From a virus (Duplodnaviria > Heunggongvirae > Uroviricota > Caudoviricetes): a DNA stretch of 64,000 nucleotides. Of the stretch, positions 34,771 to 44,565 are shown piece by piece. Where the stretch lies: the IMG/VR virus record IMGVR_UViG_3300027777_000022; one strand, given 5' to 3'. Under the pieces are notes generated by a model that was not told the origin of the DNA, did not search any database, and saw nothing but the letters and a program-made list of their open reading frames with translations. How positions within the stretch are numbered: the stretch's first letter is position 1; every line of letters starts with the position of its first letter. Made by a program: the position numbers and the translations under genes.

Positions 34771-34827
34771 CTACAAACACCTAAATATTCATGCTATCAA
34801 ATAGCAAACACTTTAGGAGAACCAAAC

Positions 34828-35571
34828 TTGAGTAGACAACGCGGGGCCAAAGCCCAAATACAAAAACGCATCACACCACCAATGGTAGAAAACACAATTC
34901 CATTTAATCCAGAACCCAGGCAGCGACAACGACCAATAGAACTCATACCAAAATCACGCAATCAAGAAAATCTCATATTAAACCTACTCAACTCAGAACA
35001 ATCAATTGTAGTAGCAGTTGGACCTGCAGGCACTGGTAAAACTTACCTGGCCATGTTGGCTGCTGTGAAAGCATTTAGAACAGGCGAATGTAAACGTATC
35101 ATCCTAACACGACCGGCCATTGGCGTAGAAGACGAACAGCACGGGTTCTTACCCGGGAATCTCGTTGCCAAGATGGAACCGTGGACTCGTCCCTTGCTGG
35201 ATGTATTGCGTGAATACTATCGCCCACCCGAAATTGCAGCTATGATCGACGAAGGCACTATAGAAATATCACCCTTGGCCTACATGCGTGGACGTACATT
35301 TAAACATGCGTGGATCATTGCAGATGAGATGCAGAACGCCACGCCAGCACAGATGAAAATGCTGCTGAGTCGCATAGGCACTGAATCTCGCATTGTGGTC
35401 ACTGGGGATGTAGAACAAGCCGATCGCGCCCAGGGACAAAATGGACTGTTAGATCTCTGTTCACGATTGGAGCATTATCCAGTCACAGGAATGGCTGTTT
35501 GCAGGCTAAACGGAAGAGACATACAACGCCATCCAATTATAGGAAGTGTACTGGCATTGTACGACAGATAA
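34828..35571 (+). CDS. phoH: PhoH-family ATPase
   Basis: GPAGTGKT, LTRPA, LPG...KM.PW, PLAYMRGRTF, DEMQN, GDVEQ.D; RBS AGGAG, TTG start. Confidence 0.92.
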   Translation: MSRQRGAKAQIQKRITPPMVENTIPFNPEPRQRQRPIELIPKSRNQENLILNLLNSEQSIVVAVGPAGTGKTYLAMLAAVKAFRTGECKRIILTRPAIGVEDEQHGFLPGNLVAKMEPWTRPLLDVLREYYRPPEIAAMIDEGTIEISPLAYMRGRTFKHAWIIADEMQNATPAQMKMLLSRIGTESRIVVTGDVEQADRAQGQNGLLDLCSRLEHYPVTGMAVCRLNGRDIQRHPIIGSVLALYDR

Positions 35572-35587
35572 TTAATGTCAACTGCAA

Positions 35588-36514
35588 TCACAATGGCCCA
35601 ATGGGCCATTGTGTCTGTTCTCCGCAACTGAATTGGCAAACTGGTTCGTTGGCTAATTTATCATAAAATTCTGCCACGGCTGTTCTATCAAGGATCTCAC
35701 TCAATGTGGTATTTTCAATGGAATATTGATTTTTATTTTTACCAAATTTAGTTTTGTAATAAAATCTATGATCTCCCACATAGCAGCAAGGCATGTAATA
35801 TCCATCAGCTGAAATAAAATGTGCTTGTCCACTGTGACATTCAGGAATCACTTTGTTTGTTGTGAGTGTTTGTTTCCAACTTTGTTGGCTATGCCATTGT
35901 ATTCCAGTTTGTTCTTTACTGGGTTTGAAATGCATGGTTTGATCATCAAATCTAGAACTGCGACTGATTTGAAATTGATCTATGCCCAAGTTTTGACTTA
36001 GTTGTCTTGCTTGCTCAATATTATTTTCGTTATAAGAAAAAGGAATAAATTTCCACACAGTATTGCATGCAGATTCTACACACACTTTGATGGCATCCTG
36101 CGTGGTTTTCCAATCACCATTGATCCTGTATTGTGTGAAATTTTCTGGAATACCATCTATAGAAAATGTCACGGAATCGTTTGATGACAACTCTTCTACC
36201 AGTTCTTGCCACCAACTTTGTTTTCGATGGCCTCCATTGGTAACAATAGATATTACTGCTCCTCGACGTTTGAGATCACGTATCAATCCTACTAGATCAG
36301 GATGATAGATTGGATCGCCATAGTTTCCGCATAGATCTATATTGATTCCTGATAAATCAATATCTAAAAATTTCAACAGTGCTTGTTTATCTATACTGTG
36401 ATTTTTCCAATGCTGACCCCATTGATTAATAAATCTAGTTCTTGAACATCCTGGACATTTTAATGTACAGATGTTAGTGGGTTCAAGATGGATTCCCTGG
36501 ATGGTCGGTATCAT
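35588..36514 (-). CDS. radical SAM protein with a SPASM/twitch-like C-terminus
   Basis: CTLKCPGC (CxxxCxxC), GDP, SIDG, PCCY. Confidence 0.85.
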   Translation of the reverse strand: MIPTIQGIHLEPTNICTLKCPGCSRTRFINQWGQHWKNHSIDKQALLKFLDIDLSGINIDLCGNYGDPIYHPDLVGLIRDLKRRGAVISIVTNGGHRKQSWWQELVEELSSNDSVTFSIDGIPENFTQYRINGDWKTTQDAIKVCVESACNTVWKFIPFSYNENNIEQARQLSQNLGIDQFQISRSSRFDDQTMHFKPSKEQTGIQWHSQQSWKQTLTTNKVIPECHSGQAHFISADGYYMPCCYVGDHRFYYKTKFGKNKNQYSIENTTLSEILDRTAVAEFYDKLANEPVCQFSCGEQTQWPIGPL

Positions 36515-36793
36515 TTATTGTTCAGAAGTTTTAGAATCAATTTTGTATCCATTCTCTGCAAACAATCTCTTAATGATGCTTTCATAGTGCTGAATGTAGT
36601 ATTCCACAATCTTGTTAAAGTCTTTAGGAACACTTACTCCATTCATGTGAGCTTTGACCACTTGAAGTTTCTTAAAATCCAATATCACGCTGCATGTTTG
36701 AATATCCTTGGGCTTGAGATTTTTAGCAACAGCAGTGCTTTCGTCAATTTTGCCGTCGGCTTTGAGATAGTAGGTGATTAGTAAATATCTCAT
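36515..36793 (-). CDS. hypothetical protein
   Basis: 92-aa ORF coupled to the clamp loader gene. Confidence 0.6.
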   Translation of the reverse strand: MRYLLITYYLKADGKIDESTAVAKNLKPKDIQTCSVILDFKKLQVVKAHMNGVSVPKDFNKIVEYYIQHYESIIKRLFAENGYKIDSKTSEQ

Positions 36794-37713
36794 TTTAGAT
36801 TTGCCAATTCAATTAGTGTAGCACTCAAGTTGATCTCAACATCGGCAACGGAGTTATGATTTACAATACCATTGCGAATGATTACAACAGCTTGATCTTT
36901 TTGTTCGTCAGTTTTGCCCCACAAGTCCAAGTTATCATACATCCAACGGAATACATCTTCTGCTTCTTCCGGTGTTGAACTTTGACATAAAAGTGTACGT
37001 GCTTGACGTACCTGCCCACGCTTGAACAGGTCTACACAATCCAGTTTCCAATCTCGAGCTGCCTTGTCTGTGGCACTGGGCGCACTCAACGTGCCTGACT
37101 GTGAATTCATCTGTGTGAGATTCAAGCACTTGCGCAGATCTGGATATGTGGCTTTGACATAAGTGTCAAGCACATCTAGATCAAACTCCACATCTTCGGT
37201 TACCAACACAGTGGCCACACGGGCTGTGAACTCTGTATGATCAGTCTTGGTAATATGGAATCCTTGGCAGCGACTATGGATTGGATCAATGATCTTGTGT
37301 GGATAGTTACAAGTCATGATGAATCGCACTGTGCTGCTATAGTCCTCCATCAAGTTACGCAATGCAGGTTGCACCGATTCTTTGTTCATGTAGTCAGCTT
37401 CATCAATCAGCACAACTTTGAACCGGCCAAACGGCATGGTTTGCACAAAGCTGATCAGCCGATCTACCCATTCAATTTTACGACCTTCCTTGCTTCCGTT
37501 CACATACATCACATCGTATTGGTCTATGCCCAGTTCGTTGATCAGAACTTTGGCCAGAGTGGTCTTGCCTGTGCCTGCTGCACCACTCAGTAACAAGTGT
37601 GGAATTGTTCCGTCTTGGATCCAAGATTGCACTTGATCTCGTTGTGAATCATCCACAAACACATAACCGTCAACTGTGTCCGGACGGTATTTTTCTACCC
37701 ATAATTGTTTCAT
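36790..37713 (-). CDS. sliding-clamp loader AAA+ subunit (T4 gp44 / RFC-like)
   Basis: LWVEKYRP, PHLLLSGAAGTGKT, LIDEAD, SRC, PDLRK. Confidence 0.9.
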   Translation of the reverse strand: MKQLWVEKYRPDTVDGYVFVDDSQRDQVQSWIQDGTIPHLLLSGAAGTGKTTLAKVLINELGIDQYDVMYVNGSKEGRKIEWVDRLISFVQTMPFGRFKVVLIDEADYMNKESVQPALRNLMEDYSSTVRFIMTCNYPHKIIDPIHSRCQGFHITKTDHTEFTARVATVLVTEDVEFDLDVLDTYVKATYPDLRKCLNLTQMNSQSGTLSAPSATDKAARDWKLDCVDLFKRGQVRQARTLLCQSSTPEEAEDVFRWMYDNLDLWGKTDEQKDQAVVIIRNGIVNHNSVADVEINLSATLIELANLK

Positions 37714-37988
37714 TTGTATCTACTTCCTGGTTGGCCTGGATCATTTGAATTGGTACAGGCTAGGTTATGATCAGTTGCTCTTGGACACCGCTTGTTACCG
37801 CATTTGGGGCACACAATAAATGTGCTCATGGTCAGTGGCCAACCGCGGGCGTCCTTGATCTTGTTCATGCAATTATAACACCCGCACTGAACATTTGCAA
37901 CCTTGTTTTCAAAAATAAGATCAAGTTTGTCACTGAATGTTTCCGGACTCACACTGAGTGTACATGGCGCACTACCCTTGCCCATCAT
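37710..37988 (-). CDS. Cys-rich putative zinc-binding protein
   Basis: CGCYNC and CPKCGNKRCP..H...C. Confidence 0.55.
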   Translation of the reverse strand: MMGKGSAPCTLSVSPETFSDKLDLIFENKVANVQCGCYNCMNKIKDARGWPLTMSTFIVCPKCGNKRCPRATDHNLACTNSNDPGQPGSRYK

Positions 37989-38046
37989 GTACGCCCTTGA
38001 TTATAATCACAGTCTGGGCAAATTACACCGTGACAAGTGTTACATT

Positions 38047-38526
38047 TCATTTTTGTGTCAGACCACGTTCTACTTCAGCTTTGGCCACTCTGCGACGCAG
38101 ACTTGAGCTGGAGAATGAATGATCGCGACCGTTGAATATCAGTTCAATACCTCTTGTTAGACACTCAGCCCTCCCGCTGAACTCCATACCTTGATATTCA
38201 ACACCTAGGATACGCACATCTACCGGCAGGATCAACAACAGATCTATAAGGTCCTCCTCAGTTTGATACACCACCACTTCATCAACGTACCGACAAGCCG
38301 CCAGTTGTATCTGGCGTTCCACTATACTTTGTACAGGATGATTTTTGGTATCTGGGCGATCTATTGTGGGATCAGTTTGCAAGCCAGCAATCAAGTAGTC
38401 ACAGTGGTTCTTGGCTTCACTCAGCATGGCAATATGCCCGGCATGCAGTATATCAAATGCCGAAAAAACGATTCCAATTTTTTTTCCTTCTGCTTTAAGT
38501 TGTTTGTTATTGTTAAAAATATTCAT
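38047..38526 (-). CDS. TagD/RfaE-like cytidylyltransferase
   Basis: AFDILHAGH, ERQIQL..CRYVDEV, SSSSLR. Confidence 0.85.
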   Translation of the reverse strand: MNIFNNNKQLKAEGKKIGIVFSAFDILHAGHIAMLSEAKNHCDYLIAGLQTDPTIDRPDTKNHPVQSIVERQIQLAACRYVDEVVVYQTEEDLIDLLLILPVDVRILGVEYQGMEFSGRAECLTRGIELIFNGRDHSFSSSSLRRRVAKAEVERGLTQK

Positions 38527-38529
38527 AGA

Positions 38530-38931
38530 CTAATTGTGTTGCATCCAGTCAGGCTTGGCCTCCACGTGGATGGCTGTGGAGAATGTGTCGTCTCTGGGCA
38601 CTTCATCGGAGATCATCATGATATCTTTTGGATCCACTCTGCGCAAAGTTACTTTGCCGCTTTCATCTTCAATATCAATACCGCGAGTCCATCGTCCATG
38701 CTCGATACAGACCCATTGCCCAACAACAACATCCTGCTGTTCGGGACCTATTGCATACACTCGACCCCAGCGTGGGCGAATTCCAGTGCTTTTGCCGTTG
38801 TCGTTGGGTATGATAATACCACCAGTAGTAATACGTGTTTCAAAGATCATATCACTCACAATTACTGAATCTTTGAGTGGAACAATCTGTTGTCGAGTGA
38901 GTTGATGTGGTTGGAAGGCAAATTTGGTCAT
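38530..38931 (-). CDS. GroES/Cpn10-like co-chaperonin
   Basis: PLKDSVIV, TTGGIIIP, GRVYAIGP, V.VG..V, DIM. Confidence 0.8.
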   Translation of the reverse strand: MTKFAFQPHQLTRQQIVPLKDSVIVSDMIFETRITTGGIIIPNDNGKSTGIRPRWGRVYAIGPEQQDVVVGQWVCIEHGRWTRGIDIEDESGKVTLRRVDPKDIMMISDEVPRDDTFSTAIHVEAKPDWMQHN

Positions 38932-39330
38932 TTATTCCTCGTTGGGTTGTTTTGCTGCACGTGCCATGGCTGCTGCTAGCCCCGTTGCAGGTTCTTGAAC
39001 TTGAGGCACTGCTCCCTGAGTTCTCAACGCCTGTCGTTGTAATCTTGCTTGCTCTAGTTTTTCTTGATCAGCTGCCCGAATAGCAGCATCTGTTTCTTTT
39101 TGTGCCTGTGTGCTGGTGGGGATCGGTCCTGGTACTGCATTGGTGGTGCGATTGAGATTGCGATTGACCTGCTGCGCTCTAGTAGAAATAATGTTTCCAT
39201 CAGCATCTAGTTTATCACCTCGCGCATTCACTTGCATATTGCCCACAGCCCGAACCTGTTCATTCTGTGCTTGTAATGCACCAAAGTCTACAATTCGACC
39301 TTGTGCTGTTCTGTAAATTTTCTTTGACAT
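38932..39330 (-). CDS. hypothetical protein
   Basis: Start MSKKIY with RBS AAGGAG and upstream TAAATA; VGNMQVNARGD motif. Confidence 0.65.
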   Translation of the reverse strand: MSKKIYRTAQGRIVDFGALQAQNEQVRAVGNMQVNARGDKLDADGNIISTRAQQVNRNLNRTTNAVPGPIPTSTQAQKETDAAIRAADQEKLEQARLQRQALRTQGAVPQVQEPATGLAAAMARAAKQPNEE

Positions 39331-39349
39331 AATAGTCTCCTTGAGATAT

Positions 39350-39868
39350 TTAACGCAGAAACTCTGCAATATCTAAATTGTAGTGCAGGCTGTCTATTCT
39401 GTGTATCTCCAGTAGGTACAACACATAGCTGGCCACTGAACTTCCACGTCCTACACCCCAAATTAGATTGTTTTGTTTCATGATATCTACTAGAAATTTG
39501 AGATATCGTAATAGATTAAATAAGTCACGTGCTTGATATAGCAATAGTTCTTCTCCCACACGCTGTAATGCTGTTTCGGATTCACACAGGCCAAGAACAT
39601 GTTCTGCAATGTCTAAGTTCTTGTATTCGTCAGGCATGAGCCAATTGTTTTGATTGCGGTGATCAAAATCTTCCACAGTCATTGCCTGCAATGACAGTTC
39701 ATTGTATCGAATAAATGTAGGTACATCTTCCAATATCAACGCAGCAGTTTCTAGATCCACCGTAGCGTCAACCAACATACCATTGACATGTATGCTCTGC
39801 CCACGCATGAGCATGTTCACGCAGTCATCTTCTGAAAAGATTATCTGGCCTAGATGATCAGTTTTCAT
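39350..39868 (-). CDS. stand-alone fragment of a DnaE-type (family C) DNA polymerase alpha subunit
   Basis: RV.EEL, WGVGRGSSVASYVLYLLEIHRIDSL.YNL..AEFLR; the ORF ends just before the expected PD(F/I)D.D catalytic motif. Confidence 0.75.
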   Translation of the reverse strand: MKTDHLGQIIFSEDDCVNMLMRGQSIHVNGMLVDATVDLETAALILEDVPTFIRYNELSLQAMTVEDFDHRNQNNWLMPDEYKNLDIAEHVLGLCESETALQRVGEELLLYQARDLFNLLRYLKFLVDIMKQNNLIWGVGRGSSVASYVLYLLEIHRIDSLHYNLDIAEFLR

Positions 39869-40472
39869 CTGTAGGAAATTTGGCAAATACCACAGTGTTG
39901 GTAGCAGAATCAGCAACGGGGGTTGGTGTGCCACTCCAATCAAGATCTAGATCGCGCCAGATTGGTGTGCGATTGAGTTTGACCACTTGTTTTTTGCTAC
40001 TGTTGGTAGGTTTGAAATTGCTATGAGTAGGACCAGCATCAAGCCACCAACCAGTTTCTTCGCATGGTCCTAGACTTTCTTGATCACTGTGCAAGTACCG
40101 CACATTGTCTCCAAGACTACTTTGTATGGTCACATCAGTTACCATCATTCGTTGTTCTAAAATTGCATTGAGTTTGCAGTATAGCGCAATACCTATGATC
40201 TGGTCAATGGGCTCTTCGGGTAATGGAGTAATGTTAATACCTGCTGTGGTCAACAACTGCATCTGTTCTTGATTGTCCTGGTTGATAAACACAGTGTTGG
40301 TCAGTTCGTGATACACAAAGTGATTTAGTCGTGCCAAACTGGTCACATGATCGTCCTGATCGGCAGTGTTGGTATAGATGGACAATTCAGCTGTGTATTC
40401 GTTGATTTGTAGGCGGCCTTCAAACCATATGGCTGCATGCCAGGTCATGTCATATTCTAATCGCACGTTCAT
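39858..40472 (-). CDS. hypothetical protein
   Basis: 204-aa ORF coupled to both neighbours. Confidence 0.6.
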   Translation of the reverse strand: MNVRLEYDMTWHAAIWFEGRLQINEYTAELSIYTNTADQDDHVTSLARLNHFVYHELTNTVFINQDNQEQMQLLTTAGINITPLPEEPIDQIIGIALYCKLNAILEQRMMVTDVTIQSSLGDNVRYLHSDQESLGPCEETGWWLDAGPTHSNFKPTNSSKKQVVKLNRTPIWRDLDLDWSGTPTPVADSATNTVVFAKFPTDEN

Positions 40473-40708
40473 GATATGTCAATCTTGTTGTTAAATGAGT
40501 TTTCATCGCCTGGCAGCGGTGCGTTCAGCGCCATCATTTTTTGTTGATGTTTGCTGGTGTAGCTTGCCAATGCCATGCGAATCTGATCACAGAGATAGCT
40601 ATTGCCCATCCTGTGCGCTATGCTGAGTTTTTTATGAAGTTCGGAAATCTTTGACCCTAGTTGCTCCAAGGTCAAATCTTCTAAATTGTTGATAAACGGG
40701 TGTTCCAT
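40469..40708 (-). CDS. hypothetical coiled-coil protein
   Basis: 79 aa with RBS AAGGAG and an upstream promoter. Confidence 0.65.
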   Translation of the reverse strand: MEHPFINNLEDLTLEQLGSKISELHKKLSIAHRMGNSYLCDQIRMALASYTSKHQQKMMALNAPLPGDENSFNNKIDIS

Positions 40709-40726
40709 TTGACTCCTTGCTGAGTA

Positions 40727-40755
40727 AGTTTACAGCAACAGTCAATAGAAGTCAA
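40727..40755 (-). promoter_or_regulatory. sigma70-like promoter
   Basis: TTGACT-N17-TAAACT. Confidence 0.6.
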
Positions 40756-40760
40756 CACAT

Positions 40761-41660
40761 TTAGGAAAATACAGCTCCGTTGTTGCCAATACAGAACCAT
40801 TTGTTGCTGATGTATTGCAATGTTACTGCACTACCGATGGTGTTGAATGTGATAACACCTGTGCCAGATGTTTTCCACCCAGCATTGGTCACAGTGATTT
40901 CCATGTCGCCACCGTCGGCATTCATCATGATGGTTTTGATCTGACCGTTGTAGCCAGCTGCCAAATTAGAAAATGACGGGCCAGCAGCAGTGGTAGAAAA
41001 ATAAGTAGCTGTGGTAGTAAGGTTAACGTTAGGGAAATTCCCTACTCCGGTTCCAAGATTTTGAGTGCTAGGCAAATAGATCGGATCCTGGTTTTGGCTA
41101 GCATCAAATACCGAAATGGTAGTACCACCAATGCTGGTGGTAAAATCGTATGTGTATATTCCAGTCTGATTGTATGTGATTACTCCAGAGCTGTATCCTT
41201 GCAGATTACTGGTTCCTACACTGACAGCAGCAGGTAATGTAACAGTATACGCAGTATTGGTTACGGTAATAGCCACACGAACTATACCAAAATTACCAGC
41301 AGCAGGCCAGTTTGTAAATGCCAAAGATATTGATCCGCTAGTGGTCACAGTTTGATAATGTCCGTCAGCATAATTGATAGTGACTGAACCTGTTTGATTG
41401 CCCAGCTGGGCCACTATTGCACTGAAATCTGAGATGTTGGCATTACTCAATGGACTGCCGGCCATGTCGTTGTCTATCACAGTGCCTACCAGTGCTGCTT
41501 TGAGCACCGCTTTGCTTTGAAGATCAGTAATCTCGTTAGCTGCGTACTGAAAGTTAGTTTTGGTGTTGGTGAAGTTGTCACGAAAACCTTGACTGTTGTT
41601 GTCTTGCCCGGCCACTGGATATGTGCCGTCGATGTCGTTTGGGTTAATTGCACTGGTCAT
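40761..41660 (-). CDS. virion structural protein (tail/baseplate-associated)
   Basis: Thr/Gly/Asn-rich beta composition; N-terminal YPVAGQDNNSQGFRDNF coiled segment; lies in the tail module. Confidence 0.6.
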   Translation of the reverse strand: MTSAINPNDIDGTYPVAGQDNNSQGFRDNFTNTKTNFQYAANEITDLQSKAVLKAALVGTVIDNDMAGSPLSNANISDFSAIVAQLGNQTGSVTINYADGHYQTVTTSGSISLAFTNWPAAGNFGIVRVAITVTNTAYTVTLPAAVSVGTSNLQGYSSGVITYNQTGIYTYDFTTSIGGTTISVFDASQNQDPIYLPSTQNLGTGVGNFPNVNLTTTATYFSTTAAGPSFSNLAAGYNGQIKTIMMNADGGDMEITVTNAGWKTSGTGVITFNTIGSAVTLQYISNKWFCIGNNGAVFS

Positions 41661-41669
41661 ATGTTGGTC

Positions 41670-44561
41670 CTACACTAAAATGTTCCTACGGGGAAATACT
41701 AGATATTTATCGAATGCGTCTGTGTTGGTATAGATATCGACAGGTGCTTCAAATCTCATGCTAGTAGCGTCAAATGTTGTTGGGTTGCCTGATCCTATTG
41801 CAAAGTCAAATTCCGCGCCTGATCCTGTTCCAACAATATTGGTACCGGTTATGTTGTCAAATGTTAAATTGATAGACCAGGTGTTGTATGTTCCTGCACC
41901 AGCAAAACTTGTAACGTTCACATACATATTACCAGTTATTGGAGAGTATACAGTTACAGTACCAATCATGTAATTGGCCCCGTCATACGAAACAATCACA
42001 GGGTCGCCTGCAACATAGGACAATCCAATATTTATATTGAGATTTCTCAAGCCGGTGCCTATGATCAAAGTAGTTTTGCTTGCTGCGTTATATTGTTCAA
42101 GGAACGGAGCAGCACTGGTATAATTTACTATGGTTATTGCTCCAGTTGCTGGATTTGTATCCTGGACTGTAATTATTGTATCATTTATTGCATCGGTGCC
42201 GCCTACATCACTGCCCAATACCAATATCTTGTCACCAATCTTATATCCAAGTCCTCCGTCCACAATTGATGTGATCACATAATGCAATATCAAATCAAAT
42301 GTGGTTTCGGCACCCGGTGGTACCCATGCACCATGTGTTGAATCTGCAATTGGATCCCAGTGGATACTGAGCAGGCGGTCTAGCTCATAACGATCAACTT
42401 TGAAGTCAACCAAGTTAAGCTGTTGACCAAACTGAGTACGCACGTTGTACGCAACTTTTCCTGAAGTTCCCGGGTTACAGTAGGCCACGACCCAAGCCGG
42501 AGTGAATCCTAAAACTTTTCCATCTGCTTGTTTGCTCAACATCCACAATGGCAACAAGTTTGAAATTTGTCCAACTACATCAATAACTTGATTTCGCATG
42601 TTGTCCAAGCTGTTGGGATATACTGTGGCAATTTCTGTGCTGTCATCGGCATTGATTGGATAAGGTAGTGTGACTTGTTTGCTCACACTGATACCTGAAT
42701 TATTAACCAGGTTGTCCTGTATAGCACTGTATACAACTTCATAAATCACTGTTCCGGTTGTGGGATCCACGGCTTGAGCCGTTTTAATTTCACCCAGTAT
42801 TAGATTTTTCCAGTAATGATTTTTAACCAGGCTACTGATATACAGTTCATAGGTTGAACTGGTCAGCCCAAAGCAGTGATTATATATTACTGATTTTGCT
42901 ATACCAAAATTAGGGTCTTGATATCTAAATATTGTGCTGGGTGGAAATATGTCTGAATCCTGAATCAAACTGTTGATCAACGCACGATCAGGATACGGCG
43001 GCATTGCTTTGATATAGAGATTCTCATATGGCTCGTTGTACACCCGCAATACTTTTACTGTGAATGTTTTGTATACAGATATTTGTCCGTCGAGAGAATA
43101 TGCATTTACTGTAAATGTAAATTGGGCATCAAATGTGGTCTCCTGTGGAGATTGAATCAAGTTGGTACGTAACTCTTTATCAAAAGTGGTAGTTCCTAGA
43201 TCCAATGCAAATGTGTTAAAACTCACACGACCAGCGATTTCCCCCGACGGTAGCAATGACAAGCCCTGTGGCAACTTGTTGTAGTACCCTGGTACATAAT
43301 CACTAGGAGGAATTGCACCCGGGCGCAGTTGATACTGCAAGGATCGTCCGCCAGTGTTAATCGCTTGAACTTTTAACAAGCTAGTTGATCCGTTGATTAT
43401 ACTACCAAGATCCGAATTGGTAAGCCATATCACTTGCGTTTCTACTTGGCCATTTATGGTCACACTAAAATAATACGGTTTAGATTTTATCACTGGGTCA
43501 GCAGTATCTATCAGATAGATAGCAAAGTTATATGTGATTTCTGTTATGCCCGAATACGGAAGATACCCATACAACCAACCAGTGAATGGATCAAGTGTGG
43601 TACCAGGCGGCAATTCTAATCCAACACTGGGATATTCTAAGTATTCGATTGTGTAAGGGCCAAATGTTAATCCTTTGAATTGATATGCCCAGAAGTTGTC
43701 TGATCGAATTACACCAAGATCATCAGGAGTGTTATAGTTTTGAGAGCTTAGTGGGGCATTGGTCAAGAATGGCAAGTAATCTGGAGTCTGCGACGCATCA
43801 ACAAAGGTATCATCCGCAGTGATATCCGTGGTAGATGCTTGTAGAGTGGTTCTACTGTACACGTAAATTTGATAAGTTCTCAAATCACTGCTTTTACCGT
43901 CAGATACTCGTAATGTAAACTGATAGTTAGTATTGGGACTTTGTCTGACAAAGTCAAACGGAAACATATCAAAATTTTCTTGATATCTATCAAACCCACC
44001 GGTCTTGTCGATGGGATTTACTGGAATGACATATCCCGTAATAAGGCCTCGGGTACTGATGGATAGTCCAGGTGGTAATTGGCCTGTTGCCACAGTTATA
44101 ACAGTGGTGTCTAACGGATCGGTATCAGAGATTTCTATCTGTATAGGATCAATAGGAGTGCCATCGTAGAATGTTCCTACATTGCCTGACGGAGTGATAA
44201 ATTTTGGAGGATTTTGCCCAGTTATAGTAAGACTAAATGTTCTATCTGTCAGGCGATCAATCACTACCTTACCTAATACTGTTTTTTTAGTGTAGGCACG
44301 TATGGCAAACACACTTGTGGTATCTGAGCTTACTGGCAACGGAACTCCTTGAATATTGGCAATAGCTTGTGGTGTTCCAGAAATCACTCCTGACGAATTG
44401 CACTGTATACCTGGCGGCAATTGCCCAGCTAGCAACACATAATATACTTTGTTACCCAATGGGTCTGCTGGATCGTATGCTACCAAGGGCACTTGATAAA
44501 AAATACCCTCTGGTATGGTACCTAAACTTCCAGCATCAGTGACCCAGACTGGTTGCGCCAT
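41670..44561 (-). CDS. baseplate wedge-like structural protein with putative Ig-like repeats
   Basis: Repeated GQLPPG(L/I)...G.I.G motifs (He_PIG-like); lies in the tail module. Confidence 0.6.
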   Translation of the reverse strand: MAQPVWVTDAGSLGTIPEGIFYQVPLVAYDPADPLGNKVYYVLLAGQLPPGIQCNSSGVISGTPQAIANIQGVPLPVSSDTTSVFAIRAYTKKTVLGKVVIDRLTDRTFSLTITGQNPPKFITPSGNVGTFYDGTPIDPIQIEISDTDPLDTTVITVATGQLPPGLSISTRGLITGYVIPVNPIDKTGGFDRYQENFDMFPFDFVRQSPNTNYQFTLRVSDGKSSDLRTYQIYVYSRTTLQASTTDITADDTFVDASQTPDYLPFLTNAPLSSQNYNTPDDLGVIRSDNFWAYQFKGLTFGPYTIEYLEYPSVGLELPPGTTLDPFTGWLYGYLPYSGITEITYNFAIYLIDTADPVIKSKPYYFSVTINGQVETQVIWLTNSDLGSIINGSTSLLKVQAINTGGRSLQYQLRPGAIPPSDYVPGYYNKLPQGLSLLPSGEIAGRVSFNTFALDLGTTTFDKELRTNLIQSPQETTFDAQFTFTVNAYSLDGQISVYKTFTVKVLRVYNEPYENLYIKAMPPYPDRALINSLIQDSDIFPPSTIFRYQDPNFGIAKSVIYNHCFGLTSSTYELYISSLVKNHYWKNLILGEIKTAQAVDPTTGTVIYEVVYSAIQDNLVNNSGISVSKQVTLPYPINADDSTEIATVYPNSLDNMRNQVIDVVGQISNLLPLWMLSKQADGKVLGFTPAWVVAYCNPGTSGKVAYNVRTQFGQQLNLVDFKVDRYELDRLLSIHWDPIADSTHGAWVPPGAETTFDLILHYVITSIVDGGLGYKIGDKILVLGSDVGGTDAINDTIITVQDTNPATGAITIVNYTSAAPFLEQYNAASKTTLIIGTGLRNLNINIGLSYVAGDPVIVSYDGANYMIGTVTVYSPITGNMYVNVTSFAGAGTYNTWSINLTFDNITGTNIVGTGSGAEFDFAIGSGNPTTFDATSMRFEAPVDIYTNTDAFDKYLVFPRRNILV

Positions 44562-44565
44562 GATT

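Noticed and set aside
39350-39420. Split-intein trans-splicing of the DnaE fragment
   Set aside because: The ORF ends at EFLR with no N-intein sequence (no C/S-initiated block A).
38932-44561. Cellular (bacterial) origin of the window because of clpA, nadE, infA, SOD and phoH
   Set aside because: These genes are interspersed with tail, baseplate, spanin, gp44-like and DsbA-like genes and T4-type late promoters, with no bacterial operon context.
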